A DNA stretch of 53,648 nt, counting the filler, from Sluysia triapertura (Eukaryota): assembly GCA_046118255.1 (NCBI GenBank). It is 4 parts of 4 records of this genome, joined end to end, with 100 filler letters (N's around TTAATTAATTAA, not from the genome) between each part and the next. Parts side by side here need not be neighbours in the genome. Positions count along the whole stretch, not along the records: positions 11,444 to 23,664 come from JBJNIA010128074.1; positions 23,765 to 37,450 come from JBJNIA010025174.1; 2 more parts are not named here. One strand, given 5' to 3'. Positions 12,437 to 24,530 of the stretch are shown here, piece by piece; position 1 is the first letter of the stretch; each line of letters opens with the position of its first letter. The notes beneath the pieces were generated by a model, which made no database searches, was not told the origin of the DNA, and was given only the letters and a program-made list of their open reading frames with translations. A program made the position numbers and the translations under genes.

Positions 12437-14475
12437 AAAGAAAAATTGGACTTTAAAGAAATTTTATACAATAAATTGGAAATTTTTGAACCGTGGATAA
12501 CTTGGGAACATCAATCTTTTTTCCATACAGAAGTAATTAATTTTTTAAGTTTTATCTAAAACCTTAATTTTAATATAATAGGGTTCTTTAAACCACCTAC
12601 TTAAAATCACCTTTATTGATCATAGACCGTAACTAGCTAGTTTCAAATCTTGATCAAAATCTAAATTTTTCTAAGGCTAAGCCTTAGGATTAAGTCGTTA
12701 AAATCATTATAATTATTACAAATCTTATTATTATAACATTATTTTTACTGTACATGCATTACTAAGGTTTCAAAGATTCTTAATTAATTAAAATTAATAA
12801 AATATGTATGTAAAACTAAAACAACTTTTACGAAAATAAAAGGCATTTTAGTGATTGCTTATTTTCATGTTATACTATTGTTCTTATTTGTAGCTTTTCA
12901 TGCAGCACACATGTATTGAGGAAAGTATATATTTATTTTCCGAGACCTTAGTTGTATTTATATTGTGTTTTACATGTATATTTAATTTAATGTTAAAGAA
13001 ACTTTGTTTTAATAATATTAACATAGTATATTGTGTTTTAAGCATTAAAAAGCTGTACTAAAAGTAAAATTAAATTAATTTGTAACATTAAAATTATTTT
13101 TATAAATAATTTGAAAATTTTGTGCATTGTCTATTGTTATTTTCAACTTTTTGTAAAATCACGTTTTATAGACATTTTTGTATTTCACAAAATAACTCTT
13201 CAATTTAACGGTTGTTCCATTATTTGATATTTTATGTGATCTCAAGTTACTTCAAAAGTTAAATATTAAAATTTTTATCATCCAAAATGAAGGTTATTTT
13301 ATTTCTATTCTATTTGTGAACTTGAATTTCATTTTTTTATGTATTGCAATTTCGACAAATAAAGTAATTCTATTAATAATAATTTTTACTGGAAAATTGT
13401 CATTTCCTATTTGAATTTTTTTCAGATATTAAACGTAATTTATTTAGTTATTAACAAAAGTTTAGTAACAATGTTTACTCCTATATTTTCAGTGTTTCTG
13501 AAATATTCTATTTTGCTCGTTCACGCAAGCGTACATCTCAAGGAAAGCTCAATAGATTTCTTATCTAGTCATGCACTTAGGCCAGAATAATATTGTTTTA
13601 TGAACCTGTTTCATTTGTTAAATTGACATTGTCAATATGAAATTTTATCATGATATTTGATTATGTATTTTTAAACTTTAATATTAATTGGACATTAAGT
13701 GTGATAGTTTGGTGTATGTTTTATATTATGGCAAAAATTACAAAGAATATGTAGTTAGTTTCCAGTGGTTTATATTTTGAACCCTTTGTATTGTTTTTAC
13801 TTGTGTTCCTTCCTTTATGATGTATCATGCGTTGACAGTAACTGAAGTAAATAGTCAATACTCTAGCCAGACGCAAAAAATTTAGGAAAAAGCCAAAAAT
13901 CTTACAAATGCGGTCTAACAATAGAATTAACCTTGATATTAGACAGTACAAAGTACAAGTTATTTTTTTTAGAAAAGAATGGCACGCATTTTAGAAGATA
14001 TATTAATGATACATAATTACGTATTAGTTTTATTAAATCTGCTACATTTACCATCGACTTAAATTTTCTATAATAGAAATAAGATTCAAAACTGTAAAAT
14101 TTGCTAAATACGAACTTTCTGAAGAGGAAAGAATATTTTCTGAATTTTAATTAACATTAACTCTGCTTATTTAATGTTAATAAAAGGAAGGTATTCGAGA
14201 AAAATAATATTAATAAATTCACATTTACAATGATGGCCAAATTATTATACTAAAGACCATTTTTGTGATAAAATTCAACATTTTTCAAGGATATTATGAA
14301 ACTATTACTCAAAAATTGTCACGGGAAAAGTAAAATGTTGGAAAATAACTACTTTTTCCAAAAAATTATTGTAAAAGTAAAATAATAGATAAAAATACTG
14401 ACATCCAAAACATACAGAAATTTTATTCATGTAGAATGTGATAACACAATTTACAAATATGTACAAACTGTTGTA

Positions 14476-14780
14476 TCAGTACTTTGTTTGGCCTCCTTTG
14501 TTATCCAATAATTTCCTGATCCTTAAAGGCGCTTGCCACAGATGAGCTTGGGGCACAAGTATTTGGCCATACTTTTATCAGGGTTTCAAAAAGTTCGGTT
14601 CTGGGTAGAAACACTCCTTTTGACAATCTCCCACATTTTCTGTGTATTCATGTATGGAGAGTTTCCAAACATCCACGGTAGCAAATATTAAGAAAACCAA
14701 AGAAAAACATATTTTCCTGTTTTAGTCTAATAAATTGTCCACCACTGTAGGTACGCGCAGTAAAGTCATATTTTGCCATT
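14476..14780 (-). mobile_element. Tc1/mariner transposase C-terminal relic
   Basis: Frameshifted minus-strand translation ...SPYMN...MWEIVKRSV... ending NKGGQTKY* (stop at 14476-14478). This matches Tc1 SPDLNPIENLW and the KGGxTKY C-terminus. Confidence 0.65.
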
Positions 14781-14874
14781 AGGGCATTTTAGCCTTTGGC
14801 CTCTTCTTAAGACTAAGCTTTTTAAACTTTAGATAATTTAATGGGGAAAAGTAATAACGATACAATCAACTAAC

Positions 14875-17542
14875 CATACAATCATCTTTTGCAACAATGT
14901 CAAGGATATTAACACCAGACGGGGTTTTATATTTGCGATCGTTGTAAGAGTGCAAAGAAACATCATTGAAACTTCTCAAAACGATGGCTTTATCGTGAGA
15001 CTTGGCAGCTGTGTCGTAGAAAACTACAGATTTGCGACAGATAAGTCCCACAGTTTGTTCGGCAGCACTGTACAACTGCTGCAGGTTTTCCAACTGATTG
15101 TAACTTGCTACATACTTCATCTGGATGCAATCAGTTAACAATAATTAGAAATAATAACTGAAAATAATTATAAATATTTAATAATTTCCTTTTACCTTCT
15201 AATAACATCACAGAATTAAGACAAAATGTGGAAATATACGATACAGTAAAGAAGTTATTATTGCACTCACATCTATTACAAAGTAAGTATTCAAAAGCAC
15301 TTAAAATAAATCGTTCATTATATTATATTATTTGCCTTTTTCTTAAATATTTCATAATCTTCCAGTAATTTAACATTTTCTAGTAATACTGGTTATATAT
15401 TTTTGAAACATAAACGGTATACAACCTATCACCTAGCTCTTATTATCACTGTAGATTCTGTATAGATTGTTATTATGTCTCAATGAAATATTCATCTTGG
15501 TTTCCAAATTGTTTATTATTCAGGACTTCCGTAATGTAAGCGCATTTGTAAAATTTTGTCATGATTTTGAATTCTATTCTCGTTTTTATTGTTATTTAAA
15601 TAGTTTGTAATTTGTATTAATATTAAAACAACTTAATAATATTCTTAGCTCTGTTATTAGTCTAGAGCTTTAATAAATAAAATATTCAAACGACTAATTA
15701 TTCAGTAAGACAGACTAACTTGATCAATTGGTTTTGACTGACGACCTTTCAATTTCGAGATCCATTGTCCATCACTTTGTCCGTTACTAATAATAGTCAA
15801 ACCCATCTGTAAATGTGGTAACAATGTTTAATAAAAGTACAATTCATAAAAATCCATTTTAAATTTTTGTTATGTTCCATCGCGCTACTCTCTTTTTTAG
15901 AAACCATTTAGAAATCCACTTATTCAATTTTAGAGGGAATTTTGGTCATAAAATCTGACATCTTTATAAAAATTGATTATGCTACCGTTGAGTTGTAAAT
16001 TTAAATTTATCTTTAAATTATTTTCTAAATATAATTACGAAAATATTTAAATAGAATCAAATATCAAATTTAAAATTAAAAATAAAATGTTAAATTTAAA
16101 TAGTTAAAATTAGTAAAATATTAAAAATAAAAATAAAGTTTTAAAAATAAAATATTTTGTTTTAATTAATTAAATTAATAAAAATAACTGCCCAATTGAA
16201 AAATTCACTATACAAACGGATGAATTTTTCATTATGGTGACCATAACTTATTTACAATCTTCAAAAAGGAAATTTCCGCAGAAGTAATTTTGTTTTTTAT
16301 AAGTCTTTTTCTTATAATATCTAAGAATTAAAATCTGACTTAATCTGTCTAAAATTTGTACTAGACCATAATTGGCTAGCTTAATATAAAATTAAATTAT
16401 TTTGAATCGTATTAAGAAGTTCGCTTCTTAAATACAATTAAATTGTATATCATTATTATAATTGTATTTTATGTTATTTTTCATTTTTACAACAGGAAAT
16501 TGAGTATAATTAATTTTCCTTTGAATTAATATAACACTTCGTTACTTTAACAGTTTTTTTGATTTACGTCAAAATCCTAGTTCAACGTTTAATATAATCT
16601 ACAATTTAATTTATTAATTTATTTTATTACCACTAGACCATAACGGCTAGCTCAATATTATTTAACCAGCTAGTTCAATCTTCATAACGAAATAAGTTGA
16701 ATTAAGACATATTGTGCAGTTAAAATTACTGGATTAGTATAAGTCATTGTTAACGTAAAGTCACATTCATTTGATAAGTCATCTTCCGAGTTGATATAAA
16801 CCGTGCATATTAGGCGAAAAAATGTCCAGATAAATAATATTTAAAGGTAACATTTCATTGGTTAAAAATTTGGATAACATTGTCTAGAATAACAAGATGA
16901 TAATTCTTACCACTTTAGTATCTGGACTAGCGGCCACACACGTTTTGGCGATCTTTGTACTAAAATCACAGTCTGCCTGGAAAGAATCTGATGTTGATCC
17001 GAGGTTTGGATCGATCCAGAATTTTCCATTGGTCACAGTTCCATTATACTCAGCATGGATATCGCGACAACTTCGTGCAGGGTGTTTGGCGTCACTACCC
17101 ATCAATCTGACTTTTTCGCCGTTTATAGTTTTGACATTTGCTATGTATATACCAGGAACATTTGTCATTTGCTTTTCAAGCATCTCTAGACGAGTAAATA
17201 CTCGGTGGAGCATTATGCCCACCGATGGAATGTTGCTCGGTAAGTATTTTGCATCTAATGTAATATATTCAAATAATTGTGATACATTTCAGGTTTTCAG
17301 AACTTTTAGATTATTCATTATGATCTTAATAGTCGAACAATGAATATCAAAAAAAGCTTATCATAATAGTTCTACGCTGCTGTAGTAGTAGTAGTAGTTG
17401 TAGTAGTAGTAGTTGTAGTTGTAGTTGTAGTAGTAGTAATAGTAATAGTATTAGTAATAGTAATAGTAGTAGCAGCAGTAGTAGTAGTAGCAGTCGTAGA
17501 AGTAGTAGTATTAGTAATAGTAGTAACAGTGTAATAGTAGGA

Positions 17543-17579
<37 letters not shown>

Positions 17580-20500
17580 TAGTAATAGTAATAGTAATAG
17601 TAATAGTACCAAATCCGTTATGAGTTATTTCTTTAGGAATTTTAGAGGTAGATGTTACTAACCTTCCGGAAACCAATTTGTAGGATCATCATCTTTAATT
17701 TCTCGCTTGCGTCTAGAATTGAAGACAAATTTATAATTTCTAGAAGTCAAATCAATCAAACTTAAACCTCCAGGACGACCAGGAGGCCCCGTAGGACCTG
17801 GATCACCCTTTTGTCCTTTGTATCCTGGATAACCTAAACGATATATTAATTATTTTTATTATAGTCATTAAAATATAAGTAAAATATATAAGTAATAATA
17901 ATTTAATAATAAATGTGTGTTCACATAATAATATAAATTTATTAATATCATAATATTATAAAATAATAATGATAATAGTGTGACTTGTCCATCTTAATCT
18001 GTATTATGTAAATGTGGTACTGTAGACAATAGGCCATCATAGATATGCATGAAAATTATGTATATTTGTAATAAGCCATTTCATGGTAAACTAATTTTGA
18101 CAAGATGACGGATTTAAGAGTGCATATTTTCGTGGTGTTAATAAATTTTCAAAGTTCTATTGTTGTGATATTAAAGATTTTAGACAGGATTGGTTGTGTG
18201 CTTAAAAGTATTGAAATGAAGCTTGGTTATTGAAACTGAATGTTCGACGTAGTCTTACTTAGGATGCAAGGATATTATGGTAGATGGTGATTTGACACTC
18301 TCATTGAAATATTTAATCGATGCAATAGAATACCTAGCATAATTATTAGTTTTATTTTAAGTTATACGTGAAGCTTTGTTAAAACTTCATTAAACATTAT
18401 AAGGAATCACAAACTCGCAGTTTCAATTAAATTCATGAATGAATTCATCACATTGACAGTTAAAACTATATAAAAGGACTCAGGGTCCATTTATTTTTAA
18501 TTCTAACCGGAAATTTATACAAGATGAAGAATAACCTGCATACAATATATATATGAAAAATAGTAAAATAGTATGCATAAAAATGCAACGTAATGTAACG
18601 TAATACAAAGACATTATTCTTAATTGAATCATGTGGTACACTGAAGAATTGTTGCTGAATTGTCTTTGAAACTATCGGGATTGTTGACAAAATTCCATTA
18701 CTATTTTGTATGCATTTGGGAGTGTTAATATTTAATCTAGTACGTTGTGGGTAGATGTTACTGTTATATTAGTGCAAGAAATTGGATTATTAGTGGTACT
18801 AGGATTTATAATTGCAGTATCACTTGCAATAAAGAAGTATTAGAAATAGTAACCTAAGCTGAATGGTCTACCGTCACTATATTATTCGATTGTATAAATG
18901 GAGCTTAACGAGTGAATTTGTAGAAACTGACCTCATTTATGTTGCTAATACATCATTGTCTTGAAGAATAAATGTAGCGTAATTTCCAACGAGTTAATTT
19001 GTCACTTTGTGTTGACTGAATTCATAATCGAAAATAAGACTTCCATAATCGATCTTCCGATTGATACCAATTCTTCTAACAAGACTAACATGTTTAAGTG
19101 GGACTTCTTTATACTATCAATTTTATCCATCACGAAATCGGAAAATTTTATTTTATTACATTCTTCTAACTTCTTTATTTTATTGGAGTTCTTTAATTCT
19201 TTAAAATATCGTATGTTTTTAATCCTTCACGATCTTACATATGTTAAATTAATTTTAAAGAATTGTAATTGAATATAAGGTTGTGTTTATATGGTTAACT
19301 TATTCTAAATTGATATCCTATTCTTTACTCTTGATTTTGTTCATTCTTGGAATATTTTTCATTTTCTTTTGGTTCTAATGTGTAATGACAAGATCTATGT
19401 TTGATGATTTTCTTGACTAACGATTCCATCGAGTATTTTGTATGCTTGTTATCAAACTCTAGTACTTTCAGATTACGAATCGACTGTGATATAGATAAAC
19501 TGGATTTTGTGATTCGTGTTTTTAGAAGCATGATAAGCTGATCTCAAAAGTGTAACTGTGAAATACGTATTGTTTCGAGTTGAATGAGGTGTACATTTCT
19601 TTATAAGTATTGGTGTGAATGGAACATTAACATTTTACGAGTCGGTGCTTCAGGTACGTTACCAAATTAAATAAAATTCACGAACGTGTCAAAGATATTT
19701 TGAAGATTAAAAGTGGAATGCTTACTTAACTGCTAATTTATATTGTGATTAATCGTTGTAGTTGAATTAACGCTAGGCTCACTTCTAACCTAACAAGATG
19801 GGCAGAGTGTTGACTTCTAGATAGAGCCAGAATATCGAACTGATTAATTTTGATTACTTTTTCTTATTAACGAAACAAAAAAGAATTTAGCAAATAGTAA
19901 ATAAACCAACTGCTCACCTACGGGACCTATATTCCCTGTTGGGCCTGGGACACCATCATCTCCAGGGTTACCCTGAGGGCCTTGATCTCCTTGTAAGCCA
20001 GGTAGACCACGTTCTCCTTTATAACCTATGTCTCCTCGAGGACCTTCTTCGCCTCGATAACCTTTTTGACCTTCATAACCTGGTAAACCTTGATATCCAA
20101 CACGACCATTCGTGCCTGGGATTCCTTTTGCACCAACTGTACCTTTGATTCCGCTAATACCTTTGGGGCCCTTAATAATAAATCAAACCACATACTTACA
20201 ATAAATTATTATTACTAGCTCACCACGTCTTCCTTTATCACCAATTGGTCCTTGATTTCCGATTACACCCTAAATATAGACACAAAACGTAACCATTATT
20301 CAAATCAAATATACTAACCAATATGCCTGGTGGGCCTTCTTTACCTCTGGGACCGCGGAAACCTGGTGGTCCATATGTTCCTGACTGTCCCTCTATTCCC
20401 TGGGGTCCACTTTGTCCCCTTTGACCTTTTTGACCCTTTTCTCCAATTGGACCGACTGGTCCTACTACTCCAGGTTTGCCAAGTAATCCTTCAGGACCGG

Positions 20501-21357
20501 ACTTTCCACGAGAACCGGGCGGTCCTTTTCGTCCTTGGACGCCTATTTCTCCAATTGGCCCATCATTACCTGGCTTACCATGTACACCCTTATTTCCTCG
20601 TTCACCAATCATACCACGCATCCCAGGGGGTCCTGGAATACCCTAAATATTAGAAATTATTTAATTTAAATGTCACATCTGATAAATCTGTATTTTATTA
20701 GATGCAACATGTGAAAATTTCGGTTTTTTACGCTTCATCTACTTCTTCAAGTTTGTGAATTATTCGCTAATCGCAAGCACCAATTAAAGCAAAAAAATTT
20801 ACCACACTTCCGCATTTATTTTGATAAATTTTAAATTTTAATTTTAAGATTGAATTTAGCATTGTACTAACCATGGTACCTTTCTTACCTTGATCTCCTT
20901 GTAATCCTAAACTTCCCATAATCCCGCGTTCCCCTTCTTCTCCAATATCACCATTTTCTCCACGTGGTCCCATTTCTCCATCTTTACCGGGAATTCCAGG
21001 GTTTCCAGCACTACCTACTGGTCCCTGATTGCCTTGCTCACCGGCATCTCCGACTTCACCCGGATATCCCACTTCTCCTAAGGTTCCAATTGGCCCTTTT
21101 GTCCCAGGAAGTCCTGCAGATCCTGTTCTACCTCTCAATCCTTGAATTCCTCGATCACCTTTTTGACCACCAATACCTTGAATTCCTGGAACCCCAGCCA
21201 TACCTTGTACACCAACATCTCCAGAAAGACCACGACTACCTATTATACCACGTTCTCCATGATTCCCTGGCTCTCCTTTATCACCCTTTATTCCAGTATG
21301 TCCTTCTTGACCTAGAGAACCTGGGTCACCTATTGATCCAGGTTGACCTGACATACC
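14875..21357 (-). CDS. Fibrillar collagen alpha chain, 3' portion (Gly-X-Y helix + COLFI C-propeptide), partial
   Basis: Phase-consistent GT-AG exons at 20872-21357, 20319-20642, 20216-20269, 19918-20170, 17663-17833, 16911-17254, 15720-15806 and 14875-15120. They encode about 131 uninterrupted Gly-X-Y triplets, then RRKR, then COLFI motifs HPARSCRD, FWIDPNLG, TCV, QWISK, ICRKSVVFYD, AIVLRSFND and DDC. The 5' exons and the final COLFI exon were not found. Confidence 0.93.
17381..17608. repeat. Compound (TAG/TAA/CAG)n microsatellite in a collagen intron
   Basis: About 230 nt of imperfect trinucleotide repeats. It explains the spurious poly-L/poly-I ORF 17347-17676. Confidence 0.95.
17980..19560 (-). 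mobile_element. Decayed Ty1/copia retrotransposon (gag and integrase remnants) in a collagen intron
   Basis: At ~19012-19160 the minus strand reads KFSDFVMDKIDSIKKSHLNMLVLLEELVSIGRSIMEVLFSIMNSV, fitting the copia gag UBN2 pattern. Near 18000-18130, ICTLKSV and AYL*WPIVYSTTFT*YRL weakly echo integrase IKTLRSD and FWAEAVSTAVYLINR. Many stops. Confidence 0.55.
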
Positions 21358-21539
21358 CTAACAATAAATGTAGAATGTATTTAATTATAATTATCATCTG
21401 ATAAACAGGTATTGAAGATTTAGAAGTTAAATATGACGACTGTTCAGAATATAAGAAGATGATGCTTTTTATTTTACAGTTCAATTTAATTCATTACCTA
21501 TTCGAAATGAATCACCCTTCAAATCAGCTTTAGCTATTG

Positions 21540-22755
21540 CAAACATTACATGTTTGTTTACAAATTAATGAATTAATGAAGATCTACCATTATTTACACA
21601 ATAACATAACATTTCAAACAAATTGTCAACAAAAACAAAGGTAAAAATAATTGCCAATAAAAATTGACCTTGAAGATAAAAAAATTACCAGAAAATGATG
21701 AGAAAAAAGTTGCCTTAGATTTTTGTTATATTCTAAAAGATTTTATTGACAAACCTAATCGTCAAAAGGCATTGATGTATGATTTTAGATTATTTTTTGT
21801 TCTTTGTGACTACCAAATAATTATACAGAGAACAAATTATCTCAGAGTTATTTCCATCATCAATAATATAAAGTGCATGTCCAAATTTATTTACAATATC
21901 CGAGAATTATCTCTCGATTCATTTCATATGAAATCTAATTCAGAATCAAAATATCATCAATTAAGTAACAAGGTGCTATCACAACTAACAATGAACGATA
22001 GTAAAGCCAATCAAAAACAATTAGTGCGAAATGGTAAAATAAAATTAGTTAATTTTCATTTGAATCAAGAAAAATCGAAAAACGAAGTACATTATGAGTT
22101 ACGAATTCTCGGTGAACCCGAATGTATTAAATTATTTCACAATTGTGTTTACATTTCAACATCAATCGTCCAAATGTCTGAATTTCCTGGCTTTAAAATC
22201 AAGAAACCTGTTAAATTTATAGATAAACATGTTAGTGTAATGAATGATGGAACCTTGAAGTGTACGTCTTCATCATCTATACTCATGCGAATGTTAAGTT
22301 TAAATAATAGTTGTAACAGAGATCGAATACATAATACTTCAGATTTGCAATTAGTTCAAGTTTATCCACAATATGAGAATGTCGAGTTAGCTTTGACATC
22401 AGTAAAATTAGCATACTTACTTGTCGAAGACACATAAGTAATTTTAAATACTAATCATCGTTATGCAAGAATGCTGCTCAACAATAGACAGTACGTAAGA
22501 TAATTCAGTATATCCAAGTATATCCACTTGATTTTTTCGTCTCTTGCTCGATGTCATATCCAGAGAAATTAAGTAAAGAATTAAATAGTAAAAAAGAAGA
22601 CACTTTAATTAGGAGCACGCTAATAGATTTTCTTGTTAAATGGCGAAATGATCTTCAAAGGCGATCAAGTGGTAATAATATTCTGGAATCAACAAAACAA
22701 GCAACTATGAAAATGATCTTCGCTCATTATTTTGTTCATGGACATTATTTGAAAG
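21540..22755 (+). pseudogene. Possible DH-PH-REM guanine nucleotide exchange factor (SOS/RasGRF-like) remnant, antisense in a collagen intron
   Basis: A 257-aa open frame (21664-22437) contains LVRNGKIKLV...GEPECIKLFHNCVYIST (PH-like, cf. RasGRF FVRQGSLIQV...GERQCFLF). It also has GTLKCTSSSSILMRML, and downstream (22551+) IRSTLIDFLVKWRNDL, both REM-like. The region is interrupted by stops and frameshifts. The family call rests on weak motif recall. Confidence 0.4.
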
Positions 22756-23105
22756 TGACATATTTTTTGATATCCTTGATTTTATTATCATTTTTACTGA
22801 TGAATTTTATCATTTTTATAATTTTACTATCGTTGAGGATTCGAAGACAAACATGTTCGGGAATACATTGAAAACAAACAAAACATGAAATCAAATTCTA
22901 AAATTTTTGTGTATGTTAATAAATTTTGTACTAAAATGTTTGACTTCCTTTTCTGTGGTGAAAATAAATCAAAGCTTATTAAAAATGTAATAAAAGTTAT
23001 CATGTTTCAACAATTAATTGAATTAAACATAATTAAAACGTTATATATAACTTATTATCATAAATATAAATTCAAATTAACAATTTTAATTGATAAAAAT
23101 CACAT

Positions 23106-23308
23106 NNNNNNNNNNNNNNNNNNNNNNNNNNNNNNNNNNNNNNNNNNNNNNNNNNNNNNNNNNNNNNNNNNNNNNNNNNNNNNNNNNNNNNNNNNNNNNN
23201 NNNNNNNNNNNNNNNNNNNNNNNNNNNNNNNNNNNNNNNNNNNNNNNNNNNNNNNNNNNNNNNNNNNNNNNNNNNNNNNNNNNNNNNNNNNNNNNNNNNN
23301 NNNNNNNN
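23106..23308. other. Scaffold gap
   Basis: Run of 203 N. Confidence 0.99.
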
Positions 23309-23606
23309 TTATATTTATTTGAAAAAGAGTTATGAATAAATAATACACAAAAATGTCAACAATTGTCATGTCATATCAAATTTCAGATTCCAAACAACTG
23401 AAAGTCGTCGTGTTTTAACAATTTATTTTGATGTTTTGAAGTTTTTTAAGTAGTAATTTATAAGCATAGTAAATAAGATAATCAAACCGAACAACAAATA
23501 TTATCATTAGTATTATATGTCGTGTTGTTATTGTTGCTTATACTTGTATTATTGTGTTTTATTATTGTTGTTGTTATTGTTATCATTTGTAAATATCGAA
23601 AAAATA

Positions 23607-23640
23607 TACCGTAAAATTCCGTGTATAAGCCTCACCTTAT
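23607..23640 (+). mobile_element. Tc2/pogo-type terminal inverted repeat fragment
   Basis: TA+CCGTAAAATTCCGTGTATAAGCCTCAC resembles TcMar pogo/Tc2 ends (TA target duplication, CCGT start). The partner end is lost at the contig edge. Confidence 0.4.
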
Positions 23641-23664
23641 AAATTTTTTTAAAACGATATTTGA

Positions 23665-23764
23665 NNNNNNNNNNNNNNNNNNNNNNNNNNNNNNNNNNNN
23701 NNNNNNNNTTAATTAATTAANNNNNNNNNNNNNNNNNNNNNNNNNNNNNNNNNNNNNNNNNNNN
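23665..23764. other. Artificial contig-joining linker
   Basis: N44 + TTAATTAATTAA + N44. Confidence 0.97.
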
Positions 23765-24454
23765 AAGTGATGATTTTTAAAATTAAAAATATATTCACGA
23801 TTGATCGGTATATTGAATATGTTACAGAATACAACTCTTTTATTTTGTTAACGATTTTTAAGAATATTAAAAACTTATGTATGTTAATAATACGATAAAA
23901 TTTAAAAACCAAAAAAATATTCACGATGAAGCTATGTATATTTAAAATACCGTCAATTAAGTTAAATTTCATGTTCATTAACAATGTTAGATTTTTTTAC
24001 ACTGTTCGGCACCTCCGAACCTGGACTGAATCTCGAACAATTTGTCGGCCATCGAATGTCGAGTGGTTAACCATGGAATCCGAAAGTTATTTGTAATGGA
24101 GGTGAATGCTTGGCATAAAGTCAGAATCTCGTTGAATGACTTGAATATTACCCTGATCAATATTGTTGTTGTCCGAGTCAGCGTCGTAAATCCTTTTGAA
24201 ATACAAGGTTTTCTTATTCATAAAACTAATAGTGTATCGAGAATAATAATAAAATTTTCAATTTTGTGGATCTCTAATAAATTCATATTGAACTCTTATG
24301 TTTTTCGTAATTATTTTGGACATATGTTACTTAAGTACCTTAAGCACAACTTGTGTAATGGTAATCAATTAAATAATAGAGTTGATAATAATATTGATAA
24401 TGACAATCATTTATTAATAATTAAACATCATAGATTTTACAAAAATAAAATAAC

Positions 24455-24530
24455 ATCCGGAAATCGAACACTGTCATCTTGCTTCACATCTGTTCAGTTC
24501 GAGGCTTTGAATACTGAGCTATCAGCCCCA
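24455..24530 (-). repeat. tRNA-derived repeat or tRNA pseudogene, copy 1
   Basis: The minus strand reads GGGGCTGATAGCTCAGT..TCAAAGCCTCGAACTGAACAGATGTGAAGCAAGATGACAGTGTTCGATTTCCGG, with A-box and B-box-like motifs. It aligns end to end with 45295-45375. Confidence 0.7.

Noticed and set aside
12581-12600. Histone 3' stem-loop-like GGTTCTTTAAACCACC
   Set aside because: The stem and loop do not fit the 6-bp/4-nt consensus, and there is no histone ORF upstream.
14950-17343. Plus-strand ORFs 14950-15138 and 16897-17343
   Set aside because: Antisense shadows of COLFI exons.
17347-17676. ORF with poly-Ile/poly-Leu
   Set aside because: Translation of an intronic trinucleotide microsatellite.
18961-19272. 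103-aa plus-strand ORF
   Set aside because: Antisense shadow of the copia gag remnant.
19939-21401. Plus-strand ORFs 19939-20148, 20330-20653 and 20964-21401
   Set aside because: Antisense shadows of GC-richer collagen exons.
22885-23984. ORFs containing X runs
   Set aside because: Artefacts of N gaps and the linker.
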